This document shows, piece after piece, positions 10,184 to 23,355 of a stretch of 64,000 nt of DNA (positions are counted from its first letter, which is position 1; each line of letters starts with the position of its first letter). The DNA is from Candidatus Saccharimonadota bacterium (GTDB taxonomy: Bacteria; Patescibacteriota; Saccharimonadia; Saccharimonadales; Saccharimonadaceae), in contig JABCON020000002.1 of assembly GCA_013333595.2 (NCBI GenBank), positions 16,849 to 80,848 of the forward strand. The letters are read 5' to 3'. The notes below the pieces were generated by a model that saw only the letters and a program-made list of their open reading frames with translations, was not told where the DNA came from and searched no databases. The translations under genes and the position numbers were made by a program.

Positions 10184-10924
10184 ATGAGTACGTCCACCCG
10201 CGCCCCGCATGCCGTTAGTATCATCATTCCCGCCTATAACGAGGCCGCGCACATTGCCCGCTGCCTCGGTGCCCTGGTGCCGCAGCTGTCCCCACACGAC
10301 GAAATTATTGTGGTTGATAATAACTCGACCGATGCAACTGCCACGATTGCTGCTGGCTACCGCCAGGTGCGCCTGGTGCCAGAACCGCGCCAAGGCATTA
10401 GCTATGCGCGTACAACCGGTTTTAATGCCGCCCGCAACCCCATTCTGGCCCGGATTGATGCCGATACGATTGCCCACCCCAACTGGCTAGCTACGATACG
10501 GCATCAGTTTGGCGCCGCGGCAGACCTAGGTGCGCTAACGGGCAGCATTGCCCTGGCGGAATTTTCGCCCCCCGGTTGCTTTTGGGTACGCTGGTATTTT
10601 CGGCTCTTCCGGGCCTGGCACCAGCGGCGGCTTGGGGTGGCGCCGATGCTGTATGGCAGCAATCTGGCACTGCGCCGCCAGTTATGGCACGCGGTAGCGC
10701 CGCAGCTAAGCCTGGGCGATAGAACAATCAGCGAGGATCTTGACCTTACCCTGGCGATTCACGCTCGCGGTGCCGTGGCCCGCCACTGCCCGGCTATGTT
10801 GGTAAAAACCCACTTGCTTGCAGCCATCGTTAACCTACCAAAGCAGCGCCACTACTACCAGAACGATAGCCGCACCCTAGCCAAATACGGCCGGGTAGCC
10901 GGGCGGCGCCCACCTAGGCTGTAA
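10184..10924 (+). CDS. GT2 glycosyltransferase
   Basis: SIIIPAYNE, VVDNNSTD, IDAD, SEDLDL. Confidence 0.9.
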   Translation: MSTSTRAPHAVSIIIPAYNEAAHIARCLGALVPQLSPHDEIIVVDNNSTDATATIAAGYRQVRLVPEPRQGISYARTTGFNAARNPILARIDADTIAHPNWLATIRHQFGAAADLGALTGSIALAEFSPPGCFWVRWYFRLFRAWHQRRLGVAPMLYGSNLALRRQLWHAVAPQLSLGDRTISEDLDLTLAIHARGAVARHCPAMLVKTHLLAAIVNLPKQRHYYQNDSRTLAKYGRVAGRRPPRL

Positions 10925-11057
10925 CTGGCGCTACGGCCCGGTGCCGCGGGCCCCTACTGTGTATTACTGGGCTTGGGCCCATACGACTTTACATCCTGCA
11001 CCCCAAGTGGTATGCTAAACGTGTTCCTGTTGCCGATACGGAAAGGAGGTAGCCAAG

Positions 11058-11768
11058 ATGGCTACCGCGTTTGTTAATAATTCTGAGTTCTCCAATGACC
11101 CCGCTGAGGCGGTGATGACTATCCGCACCGCCCGCAAGGGCGTGGTGCGGGCTGCTTTGGTTGCCTTGGCTATCGTCGTGTGTAGTGTGGCTGCGGCTGT
11201 CGCCGTGGTGCGATATAGTCACATTGCCCACTGGGCTAAAATTCTTTTTATTTTAGTCGTAATTTGCCATATCATTTTGGCAGCGGATAATATCAGTTAT
11301 GCGTTGGACCGCCTGTGGCGTCTCCCTGCCTACCAAGCTCTCCAGTGTGAGCGGCAGCGGCTGGGGTACTACCTCGGCCGTTTGGCAGCCACATGCCGCC
11401 CCGGTGTCGCGTTGGAATGGCGCAGTGTAGACTGCGCCTACAAGGCGTGGCAGGCTCGTACCGCTGCCGGTGCGCCGGCCGGCGTGCGTATACTGGTACT
11501 GCACGGCGCAGAGCTGAAGCGGTACCAAGTGTGCCGTTTCGGTGCCGAGCTGGTAATTTGTCAGACGTACCAGTTCGATTCTACTACCGCCGCTGCCGCC
11601 GCTTTTGAACGCGGTATCGTTGATGGCCACGCTGCAGCTGAGGTTTTCGGTGAGGATGATCCACACATCCTCCGTCAGCTAAATACCATTTTCGAACAAC
11701 TCACAAGCCAGGAGGTGATACAGGTAGAACCCCCGGTGGGAGGGGAATTCCCCACCCGCACCGTGTAA
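11058..11768 (+). CDS. hypothetical membrane protein (orphan)
   Basis: Two N-terminal hydrophobic segments; TTTACA-17-TATGCT promoter, SD AAGGAGG, terminator. Confidence 0.7.
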   Translation: MATAFVNNSEFSNDPAEAVMTIRTARKGVVRAALVALAIVVCSVAAAVAVVRYSHIAHWAKILFILVVICHIILAADNISYALDRLWRLPAYQALQCERQRLGYYLGRLAATCRPGVALEWRSVDCAYKAWQARTAAGAPAGVRILVLHGAELKRYQVCRFGAELVICQTYQFDSTTAAAAAFERGIVDGHAAAEVFGEDDPHILRQLNTIFEQLTSQEVIQVEPPVGGEFPTRTV

Positions 11769-11774
11769 CAGGTT

Positions 11775-11809
11775 AACCCCCATGCAATTGCATGGGGGTT
11801 CTTTCTTTT
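11775..11809 (+). terminator. intrinsic terminator
   Basis: Palindrome AACCCCCATGCAATTGCATGGGGGTT followed by CTTTCTTTT. Confidence 0.8.
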
Positions 11810-11977
11810 GCTATATGGCCTGCTGTTGTGCCCATGATACCATTACCCCTGTAATAGTATAGTTTTTATACTATAGTACAGTAAATTTACATAGCTAGAT
11901 CAGCCTGATAGTATACATTATATACTGTAAGCAGGAGTCTATTGCTAAAAGGTACATTTTATGTTATAATCCTGGCT

Positions 11978-12484
11978 ATGAAGAACGAGCACTCCCCCCG
12001 CCGGCTACAGCTAGTACAGCAGGAAACCCCACCCCACGACACCTCGCACACACCAAGCCAGCCAGCTAGCCCGCAGCCACATAGCTCGCGCCAGTTTGCA
12101 GAGCGCCGCGCCGCGCACGAGCAGGCGCGCCAGTTCGAGGCGAGTATCAACCACATGGCGGAGCTTGCCCTGCAGCAGGCCTTAGGTGACCCAAGCCGCC
12201 AGGAGTGGATACAACACCTACGCCAGAACACTCTTACCCAGGAGGTTGACCCCCAGGACTACGAGACGATGCAAATGGCCTTTAGCATGGCTATGAATTT
12301 TGCCCTGATGAATGACCGCCAGGCGGTGATAGATAAGTGGAGTCAGAAGCACCAGCCCGAGCCATCTAATGAGGATCACACACCGGCTAGCGCTACCTTA
12401 GAGCAGCCAGCCGATGCAGCACCCCGAGTATCTGTAGACCCTGGCGCGGATATTATCGCCTTCCCTGGCCGGGCCCAAAAGTAA
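11978..12484 (+). CDS. hypothetical Gln/Pro-rich protein
   Basis: ORF 11942..12484; ATG 11978 follows TTGCTA-17-TATAAT (alternative TTG start at 11942). Confidence 0.65.
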   Translation: MKNEHSPRRLQLVQQETPPHDTSHTPSQPASPQPHSSRQFAERRAAHEQARQFEASINHMAELALQQALGDPSRQEWIQHLRQNTLTQEVDPQDYETMQMAFSMAMNFALMNDRQAVIDKWSQKHQPEPSNEDHTPASATLEQPADAAPRVSVDPGADIIAFPGRAQK

Positions 12485-12509
12485 AACCCCGCATATAGTA
12501 TGCGGGGGT
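12483..12509. terminator. terminator hairpin between convergent orphans
   Basis: CCCCGCATA-tag-TATGCGGGG with A-tract on the left. Confidence 0.7.
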
Positions 12510-12530
12510 AAAGTACTATCACTCCTTTTG

Positions 12531-13088
12531 TCAGATAATAACCTGTTCCGAGTAGTCATACTCGTAAACGGTATCGGGCACACCGTTAGCATTAACGACG
12601 ATGACGCGGACGCGGACTGGGTCCATAGCCCACTCTACAATCGTGCGGCCATCCCGGCCCGTACGGTACGTGTTGTAGCCGATTTTATTACGCTCATAGA
12701 GCGTAAAGAGTAGGCGTTCCTGCGCGCGCGGGTCAGTCTGCCATTTTTCTAGAATGGCAATCACGCGGCGGTTGGTTTCTTCTGCTAGGAATTCTAACTC
12801 GGCTTGCACAGTGCCAATGCGTTCCATCACCGCTTTGCGCTCTGCTATTTGCTGCGGCGGGACAGCCGCGTGCTCACAGGTCAGCAGCTTAATCTGCTGA
12901 TGCGATATAGCTACCCAGCGCCGGTACTGGTCCAGGTAGGAATGGAACTTAGCAAACCTGCTGTAGGGTGATTTGCTAATCTTCCGCATGGCTTTGCGGA
13001 ATAGTTCCCTATCGACTGGCCGTGGCGCAGTCGGCCGTGGGTTAAAATCCGAATTTGCTATTCGCATAATATCTGCGGGGATCTGCAT
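12531..13088 (-). CDS. hypothetical protein (orphan)
   Basis: 185-aa ORF, SD AAGGAG, TATAAT upstream. Confidence 0.7.
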   Translation of the reverse strand: MQIPADIMRIANSDFNPRPTAPRPVDRELFRKAMRKISKSPYSRFAKFHSYLDQYRRWVAISHQQIKLLTCEHAAVPPQQIAERKAVMERIGTVQAELEFLAEETNRRVIAILEKWQTDPRAQERLLFTLYERNKIGYNTYRTGRDGRTIVEWAMDPVRVRVIVVNANGVPDTVYEYDYSEQVII

Positions 13089-13166
13089 TTTTAAGCTCCT
13101 TCGTTAGGGTACAGTCGGGAATGATTATACCCACTGTAGCAAGTCTGTGGTATAATAGCAAGAATT

Positions 13167-14408
13167 ATGCCAGAACATACTCATGGGCGCCGCAACCGCC
13201 GCCCCAATCACACGGCCCGTGCGCCGAAAGCCGGCCGGCCCACCCGCAGCCGTACCAACCATAACCGCCGCCGTAAGGCCGGCAGCCATAAGCAGCACAT
13301 TCACCCAAGCAAGTTTATCCACAAAGCTGTACCACCGGTAGAGGAAGCCCCCTACCAGCCTACACATAGCTTTGCCGACTTTGGCTTTGGGCCAGAGCTG
13401 ATGTACAATATCCGCACCAAGGGCTTTACTAGCCCAAGCCCAATCCAGGACCAAGCCATTCCGGTGGTCCGTGATGGGCGCGATATCATCGGCCTGGCCA
13501 ATACCGGTACGGGTAAGACGGCGGCTTTTTTGCTGCCAATTCTTGAGCGTATGAGCGGCATTATGGTGCGCCCCAGCGTACTCGTGATGGCGCCCACGCG
13601 GGAGCTAGCCCAGCAAATCCACGCCGAGGCCCAGAGCTTTAGCTGTGGCCTTGGGGTGACGGCGGCCCTAGTGGTGGGTGGTGAATCTGCCGAGCGCCAA
13701 ATCCGCCAGCTCAAAAAACGGCCGCATATTATCATTGGTACACCGGGCCGGCTGAAGGACTTACTACAAAAGCGCCAGTTAACGCTTAAGAATATTAGTG
13801 TGCTGGTGTTAGATGAGGCCGATAGAATGCTGGATATGGGCTTTTTGCCAGATATTACGGCTATTACCAAAGCCTTGCCTACGGAGCGCCAGAGCCTCTT
13901 CTTTTCGGCGACCATTACACCGGAGATTGAGGCACTGACCCGTAAGCTGCTGCGCGACCCACGCACGATTAGCGTCCGCACGGGCGATACCAGCGACCAT
14001 GTGGAGCAGGATGTTATCCCTACGCGCGATAAAGCCCACAAGCTGGAAGTACTGCAGGGCTTGCTAGATAACGAGCAGTACCAAAAGGTGCTGGTGTTCG
14101 GCGAGACGAAGTACGGCGTGCAGCGCCTGAGCGACCAACTCAGCAAAGCCGGCTACCAGGCGGTGGCGATTCATGGCAATAAAAACCAAGCCCAGCGCCA
14201 GCGAGCCTTGCGCGATTTTAAAACCGAGGCTGCGCGGGTATTGGTTGCAACCGATGTTGCTGCCCGCGGGCTGGATATCCCGGATGTAACCCATGTGATC
14301 AACTACGATACGCCCCAAACCTACGCCGACTACGTACACCGGATTGGCCGGACCGGCCGCGGCGGTAAGCGTGGCCACGCCCATACCTTTATTCAGGAAG
14401 ATAAATAG
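13167..14408 (+). CDS. DEAD-box RNA helicase
   Basis: Q motif, ANTGTGKT, PTRELA, TPGRL, DEAD, SAT, ARGLD, HRIGRTGR. Confidence 0.95.
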   Translation: MPEHTHGRRNRRPNHTARAPKAGRPTRSRTNHNRRRKAGSHKQHIHPSKFIHKAVPPVEEAPYQPTHSFADFGFGPELMYNIRTKGFTSPSPIQDQAIPVVRDGRDIIGLANTGTGKTAAFLLPILERMSGIMVRPSVLVMAPTRELAQQIHAEAQSFSCGLGVTAALVVGGESAERQIRQLKKRPHIIIGTPGRLKDLLQKRQLTLKNISVLVLDEADRMLDMGFLPDITAITKALPTERQSLFFSATITPEIEALTRKLLRDPRTISVRTGDTSDHVEQDVIPTRDKAHKLEVLQGLLDNEQYQKVLVFGETKYGVQRLSDQLSKAGYQAVAIHGNKNQAQRQRALRDFKTEAARVLVATDVAARGLDIPDVTHVINYDTPQTYADYVHRIGRTGRGGKRGHAHTFIQEDK

Positions 14409-14468
14409 CCGAGTAGCTGGTAAGCACTCGGCTCTATAGAGTTATAGCTACACTAGCGGCTGGCTGTA

Positions 14469-15128
14469 TTACTTGCCGGCCGTTTGTGGCTTGGGTGTTT
14501 CGATATAGTACATACTGAGCTTGCGGCCAGTAATATAGAGCGCAATAATACTTGCAACCAGCGCTAGCAGTGTGGCAAGGTTGCCAATCATTGTGGCGGC
14601 TGTGTGCGAGGCACTCGCGCCAAGCCCTGCTACCAGTGGCGTAATAATTGATGTCCCGCAGGCGCTGCAGCCGAGGCCAAGTGCTGCCAAAAGGCCAGTT
14701 GCCCCAGCCTGCCCCGCAGTACGGGCGGCTTTGCTAAACTGCCGCTGCTTGCGCACGAGGTATACCATAGCCGCCAGCAGCAGCCCTTGTAGCAAGGCAA
14801 TACAGAGCGTCCCAAGTAGCAGCCACGATACCCCGTACGACCAAATCGATGTAAAGGTACCGGCCAACAGCTGGAGCTTGGTGCCAACGGGGATCGTCGG
14901 CGTGCCCAGCACGTAGCCAAGCAGGTCCATATTATTGAGCCAAAACAGCACCGTATAGATGATAACCCCACTAGCAATGGCCAGGCATAGGTAGCTTGGG
15001 TTGTGGCTAAAAAAGCTGCGCAGCGTTGCAAAGGAATGGCGAATACGGGTGCCAAGGGGTGGTTTTACGATACGGGCTGGCTGCGGTGTGGCCGGCGCAG
15101 GGGTGCTATGGGATTGTGGCGTGGGCAT
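14469..15128 (-). CDS. membrane protein with GCxxCG motif
   Basis: About 4 TM segments, LGLGCSACGTS; starts 1 nt after the dsbA-like stop, with SD GAAAGGAAG. Confidence 0.75.
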   Translation of the reverse strand: MPTPQSHSTPAPATPQPARIVKPPLGTRIRHSFATLRSFFSHNPSYLCLAIASGVIIYTVLFWLNNMDLLGYVLGTPTIPVGTKLQLLAGTFTSIWSYGVSWLLLGTLCIALLQGLLLAAMVYLVRKQRQFSKAARTAGQAGATGLLAALGLGCSACGTSIITPLVAGLGASASHTAATMIGNLATLLALVASIIALYITGRKLSMYYIETPKPQTAGK

Positions 15129-15129
15129 G

Positions 15130-15828
15130 TTACTTCCTTTCTGGTTGCGTTTTGGCGGCTTCGAGGGCGGCATTAATCACTGGTACAAACACATCGTACG
15201 GCGGTGCACCGTTATAGCCTTTGCCATTGATGATAAAGTGCGGCGTGCCGTAGCCACCGGTGGCTAGGACTTCTTTTTTGTGGTTCAGGATGCTATCGGT
15301 GTAGCTGGCAGCTTCGGTGCATGCTTGCCAGGCTGGCAGTGATACACCACTGGCGCGGGCGATTTTGGTGAGGCCAAGGTTGGTAAAGGGCGATACATCA
15401 CTGGTGCTACCGTTACCACCCCCACTCGCGTGGGCTTGGGCCTGGTAGCCAGCCTCCACAAAGGCAAAGAATTTGCCTTGCTCGTGGGCGCAATAGGCAC
15501 CGTTGCTGGCTGCGACTGACTCTGGCCCATAGGTGCCGAGCATTTTGTACTTAAGGCGAGCCTTGCCGGTTGTGACGTAGTCTTTGGTAATGCGCGGGAT
15601 GACTTGCTCGTGAGCGCGGCGGCAATCTGGGCATAGCAAATCCAGGTAGATGACGATCTCGACCGGGGCGGAGGCCTTACCGACCGTGACGTTCGTTTTG
15701 GGTGATGTATCGATATTAGGCTGAGTCTGTGGTTGCTGGCCGGGCCGCACTACCAGGAACCAGTAGCCCGCGGCAACTGCTAGCAGGGCAACAAGACTCG
15801 CGCTGATTATAAGTAAGCGTCGTTTCAT
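15130..15828 (-). CDS. DsbA-family thioredoxin-fold protein
   Basis: N-terminal anchor, YLDLLCPDC, AYCAHEQGKF, GTPHFIING. Confidence 0.9.
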   Translation of the reverse strand: MKRRLLIISASLVALLAVAAGYWFLVVRPGQQPQTQPNIDTSPKTNVTVGKASAPVEIVIYLDLLCPDCRRAHEQVIPRITKDYVTTGKARLKYKMLGTYGPESVAASNGAYCAHEQGKFFAFVEAGYQAQAHASGGGNGSTSDVSPFTNLGLTKIARASGVSLPAWQACTEAASYTDSILNHKKEVLATGGYGTPHFIINGKGYNGAPPYDVFVPVINAALEAAKTQPERK

Positions 15829-15898
15829 AGTGCTCCCGCTAGTATACCATGGCCTACCTCAGGCGTAAATGACCCCGGCTTGGTCTGCTATATTTACC

Positions 15899-16099
15899 TT
15901 ATATAGCGGGTGGTTTACTGGTTAAATACCAGCCACCATCGAGCCCACGGTATACGTATAGCTGCAGGCTTGGGTTAAGGAGCATGCGCTCATCGGCAGC
16001 GGCCTGAGCCTGGCGCTTGGTAGCAAACCGCCGCTTATGCTGCGTGGTATGCATGGGTTGGTAGGGCTGGTGTGGTGCGTAGCGGTGTTTACGGGGCAT
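15899..16099 (-). CDS. small hypothetical protein
   Basis: 66-aa ORF (KRRFATKRQA...YVYRGLDGGWYLTS) divergent from the atp operon. Confidence 0.55.
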   Translation of the reverse strand: MPRKHRYAPHQPYQPMHTTQHKRRFATKRQAQAAADERMLLNPSLQLYVYRGLDGGWYLTSKPPAI

Positions 16100-16148
16100 A
16101 ATAAGTTGTTGGAAAACGGTATCGTCCGTGGTATAGTACTAGTGTAAC

Positions 16149-16433
16149 ATGAGTGTGAGTAAAAAAGTACCGGGGCCACCAGGCCCTCAGGTCAGTGCTG
16201 TGCCGCTTATGGTGGGCACGTTTGTGGATGTCACCTGGCGTATGTTTGTGCCAGTGCTGACGGGTACTCTTGCGGGGTGGCTGATTGATAAAGCCGCCCA
16301 CACCCGCCCAGTATTTATTTTAGGGGGACTGGGGCTTGGCGTACTCGGCTCTTGTCTCTTAACGGTAAGGCTATATAAAAAGGTAATTCGTAGTATGCAG
16401 AGCGATCAGAATAGTAAGGAGCAACAATCATGA
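16149..16433 (+). CDS. AtpZ/AtpI-family protein
   Basis: Two-TM protein with GWLID, first gene of the atp operon. Confidence 0.75.
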   Translation: MSVSKKVPGPPGPQVSAVPLMVGTFVDVTWRMFVPVLTGTLAGWLIDKAAHTRPVFILGGLGLGVLGSCLLTVRLYKKVIRSMQSDQNSKEQQS

Positions 16434-17281
16434 CCTATGGGCTCGCCACAACATTTGCGGCCGCTAATTTACATATAGATATTAAGGCTGCGCCGGTCTT
16501 TCATATTGGCTCGTTCCCCGTCACTAACTCAATGCTGATGGGTATAGCCGGCTACGCCCTAGTGATTATACTGTTTTTTGCAGTGCGCCGGGCGCTGGTA
16601 AAGGGCAAGAAGGGCTACCTTACCAGCCTGGTAGCATGGGTGTTCGAAATGCTTTACGGTACAGTGCGCCAGGTCATCCAGAATGATACCATTGCAAAAA
16701 AGGTGGCGCCCCTATCAATCACGCTCTTTTTTGTGATTATCGTTAACTACTGGCTTGGTATTCTGCCAGGCGTTGGTACCATTACGGTGGATAGCCACGG
16801 CACACCACTACTGCGCGGGCTGGTCGCCGATCTGAACGTTACCTTTGCCCTGGCGATTATTAGTATGGTTATGGCCCAGGTGTATGCGGCCCGTGTGCAT
16901 GGCTTTTTTGGTAACCTTGGCCGCTACTTCCGCAACCCATTTAAGGACCCAGCCGGTGCCTTTGAAGGCATTCTAGAGCTGATTGCGGAGTTTTCCCGCC
17001 TCCTGGCGCTCAGCTTGCGTCTATTTGGTAACGTGTTTGCGGGCGAGGTGCTGCTGGTTGCTGTGGCCTATGTGGCGGCCTACTTTGCCTCTATTGCCAT
17101 GCTGCCGTTTATGCTGTTTGAGCTGTTTATTGGTACCGTACAGGCCTACGTGTTCTTTATGCTGACGACGGTGTTTATTTCCCTGGGTACCGCCCACCAC
17201 GACCACGGCGATAGCGCCGGCACACCCCCCTCTTCTTCTGATCACTCCCCTGCTGATACACAACTCGCTGCAGGCGGGTGA
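16430..17281 (+). CDS. atpB: ATP synthase Fo subunit a
   Basis: ADLNVTFALA, SLRLFGNVFAGE, QAYVFFML. Confidence 0.95.
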   Translation: MTYGLATTFAAANLHIDIKAAPVFHIGSFPVTNSMLMGIAGYALVIILFFAVRRALVKGKKGYLTSLVAWVFEMLYGTVRQVIQNDTIAKKVAPLSITLFFVIIVNYWLGILPGVGTITVDSHGTPLLRGLVADLNVTFALAIISMVMAQVYAARVHGFFGNLGRYFRNPFKDPAGAFEGILELIAEFSRLLALSLRLFGNVFAGEVLLVAVAYVAAYFASIAMLPFMLFELFIGTVQAYVFFMLTTVFISLGTAHHDHGDSAGTPPSSSDHSPADTQLAAGG

Positions 17282-17331
17282 ACAAGACGAGTATACTAAC
17301 GTAACAGTAATTATAAGGAGATATTACAACA

Positions 17332-17544
17332 ATGGAATCACTCGCATTTGGTATGACATACGCTATTTCGGCCGCAGCTGCTGCTTTTGGCGCTGGTATG
17401 GTTGGTATGGCTGCTATGAACGCTGCTGGCCGCAACCCAGAAAAGATCAACGAAATCCGCACCCTGATGATCCTTGGCATCGCTTTCATCGACGCCCTGG
17501 CTATCATCGGCTTTGTGGTTGCTATTCTGGTTAAAGTACTCTAA
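17332..17544 (+). CDS. atpE: ATP synthase Fo subunit c
   Basis: GRNPE loop, GIAFIDALAI with conserved Asp. Confidence 0.95.
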   Translation: MESLAFGMTYAISAAAAAFGAGMVGMAAMNAAGRNPEKINEIRTLMILGIAFIDALAIIGFVVAILVKVL

Positions 17545-17562
17545 GGCGCGGGCTTTACGATT

Positions 17563-18108
17563 ATGATGCAGACTATAACAACTGTTGCAGCCGCCCACGG
17601 CGAAAGTGCGGATTTGTTTGCGTCGCTTGGCATTGATTGGCGGATGCTTATCTTCCAGATTATTGCCTTTGCCCTGCTGCTGTGGGTGCTATCGAAGTTT
17701 GTCTTCCCAGTGATTGTCAAAGCAATTGATGAGCGCGAAGCCACGATTGCAAAAGGCCAACGCCTGGCAGAAGAAGCCGCCGAGCGTGCCAATACGGCCC
17801 AGGGTGAAATCGCTGCTATGATGGCCAAAGCCAAGCGTGATGCAGCCGAAATCATCAACGACGCTAAGGATCAGGCAACGCAACTCGCAGCAGATTCTGA
17901 CAAAAAGGCTAAGGAGCGTGCCGAGCGTATCGTTGCCAGCGCGCACGATGATATTGCCCGCCAGATTGCTGATGCCAAGAAGGCCTTGCATAATGAAACG
18001 CTCGAGCTCGTGGCCCTAGCGACAGAGAAAGTTGCTGGCCAGGAGATCAGCAAGAAGCTTGACCAACAGGCAATTACCAAGGCAGTTGACGCAGCGGAGC
18101 GCTCATGA
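17563..18108 (+). CDS. atpF: ATP synthase Fo subunit b
   Basis: LGIDW..FQIIAF TM segment then coiled coil; operon position. Confidence 0.92.
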   Translation: MMQTITTVAAAHGESADLFASLGIDWRMLIFQIIAFALLLWVLSKFVFPVIVKAIDEREATIAKGQRLAEEAAERANTAQGEIAAMMAKAKRDAAEIINDAKDQATQLAADSDKKAKERAERIVASAHDDIARQIADAKKALHNETLELVALATEKVAGQEISKKLDQQAITKAVDAAERS

Positions 18109-18494
18109 GCGGGCAGGTTTCGCGCCGCAAACTGGCTGAGCTGGTAGCCGACCGTTTATTGAGTGGTGATACGGATGTTATCACCCAGCTGGCCGCCTAC
18201 TTGGTCGATACCCACCAAACCCGTCGCGTGGATGTCCTAGTGCGCGATATCGAAACGGCCCTGGCCCGCCGCGGTACTGTGGTGGCAGATATCGCTAGTG
18301 CTCATGAACTGAGCCAAGCGATGAGCCAGCGCATCCGCCAGTTTGTGAGCCGGCACACGGGCGCATCGCAGGTTGTACTACGGACTCACCATGACCCAGC
18401 ACTGCTGGGTGGTGTGCGTATTACCACGCCAACGGCCCAGCTTGATACCACGATTCAAACAAAATTGCAGCAATTACGAGCCGCAAAACAGTAA
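18105..18494 (+). CDS. atpH: ATP synthase F1 subunit delta (short form)
   Basis: C-terminal DPALLGGVRI...LDTTIQTKL; operon position. Confidence 0.85.
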   Translation: MSGQVSRRKLAELVADRLLSGDTDVITQLAAYLVDTHQTRRVDVLVRDIETALARRGTVVADIASAHELSQAMSQRIRQFVSRHTGASQVVLRTHHDPALLGGVRITTPTAQLDTTIQTKLQQLRAAKQ

Positions 18495-18512
18495 CGATTA
18501 AGAAAGGAATGT

Positions 18513-20042
<1,530 letters not shown>

Positions 20043-20044
20043 GG

Positions 20045-22328
<2,284 letters not shown>

Positions 22329-22332
22329 GCGT

Positions 22333-22761
22333 ATGATGGACTTTCGCTTAGTAACAATGGCTGGGGTCAAGGTGAACGAGCGGGTATATTCCGTCACGCT
22401 CCCTACCATTACGGGCGAGATTTCTGTCTTTCCCAGCCACGAACCGCTGGTTACTATTGCCAAAAATGGGGTAATTACGGTACGATTTAATAAGGATGAT
22501 GACGACACCAAGCTAGAATACTTTGCTATTTCTGGCGGGGTGGTCGAAATCAACCAGCGCAGTATTAAGGTGCTGGTAGACGAAGCCGACCATAGCGACG
22601 ACATCATCGAGGCCGAAAGCAAGGCTGCGCTGGAGCGTGCTCTTGCCATGCAGGCCGAAGCTACCAGCCAGGTTGAGCTCGATAAGGCTCACCAGTTGGT
22701 AGACCGCCACGCTGTGCGCCTAAAAGTCGCCGACTTAAAGCGCCGCCGCCATCGCCAGTAG
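22333..22761 (+). CDS. atpC: ATP synthase F1 subunit epsilon
   Basis: GEISVFPSHEPL, FAISGGVVE; last gene of the operon. Confidence 0.92.
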   Translation: MMDFRLVTMAGVKVNERVYSVTLPTITGEISVFPSHEPLVTIAKNGVITVRFNKDDDDTKLEYFAISGGVVEINQRSIKVLVDEADHSDDIIEAESKAALERALAMQAEATSQVELDKAHQLVDRHAVRLKVADLKRRRHRQ

Positions 22762-22788
22762 CGTTGGTACAGCCCCACGGTTCCCTTC

Positions 22789-23270
22789 TGTTCTTTAACC
22801 ATGCGTTTGGCTCGCCCAATTCGCCGTGCATCACAAACATCCTACCCACCTAGCAGGCCGTGGCTGGCCTGTTAGCAGGTAGGATGGCACAGGCTAGAGT
22901 TCGGGCTTATGTATTTATATTCGGCCGGTGGCGCGGCCATCACAAGAGCCACCATGGTAACAAACGGCAACTGAACAGACGGGTCACGACGGAGCCAACC
23001 ACAGGCTACCCGGCACGTGCGAACGGCTACCACTAAGCCGCAGCAACTGCACGCGTGGTACATATAGTATATTGCTGGAACTATAACCAGTTGGCAGGTA
23101 GTATAGGCAGGCCACCTATAGTGCCGGCCTGGCCTGGTGTAGTTCGCGCACAAACATATGAGCGTGTCGCCGCCGGCGACCTGGTGCCACTGCCGCCGTA
23201 GTATATGGCCATGCTAGCAGCCATTATACCGCAGCGTTGGTGCACCACTCATCTGCTTGTGTAACAGCAC
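22789..23270 (+). ncRNA. candidate structured RNA / long 3' trailer of the atp operon
   Basis: No plus-strand ORF >60 aa; boxA-like TGTTCTTTAACCA followed by several nested helices; terminator at 23277-23305. Confidence 0.4.
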
Positions 23271-23276
23271 TCACTT

Positions 23277-23305
23277 CCGCAGCCTATTTAGGGGGCTGCG
23301 GTTTT
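23277..23305 (+). terminator. intrinsic terminator (atp transcript)
   Basis: CCGCAGCCT...GGGCTGCGG followed by TTTT. Confidence 0.75.
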
Positions 23306-23311
23306 GAGTTT

Positions 23312-23346
23312 AAAAAGAAAGACCCCCATACTGGCTGCATGGGGGG
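23312..23346 (-). terminator. intrinsic terminator
   Basis: Minus strand CCCCCATGC-agcca-GTATGGGGG then TCTTTCTTTTT. Confidence 0.8.
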
Positions 23347-23355
23347 TGGCAGGAG

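Noticed and set aside
16430..18108. Alternative genetic code (UGA read as Gly)
   Set aside because: atpB and atpF end at TGA at the expected positions
22872..23153. 93-aa minus-strand ORF after atpC
   Set aside because: No SD or adjacent -10, atypical composition; region better explained by RNA structure
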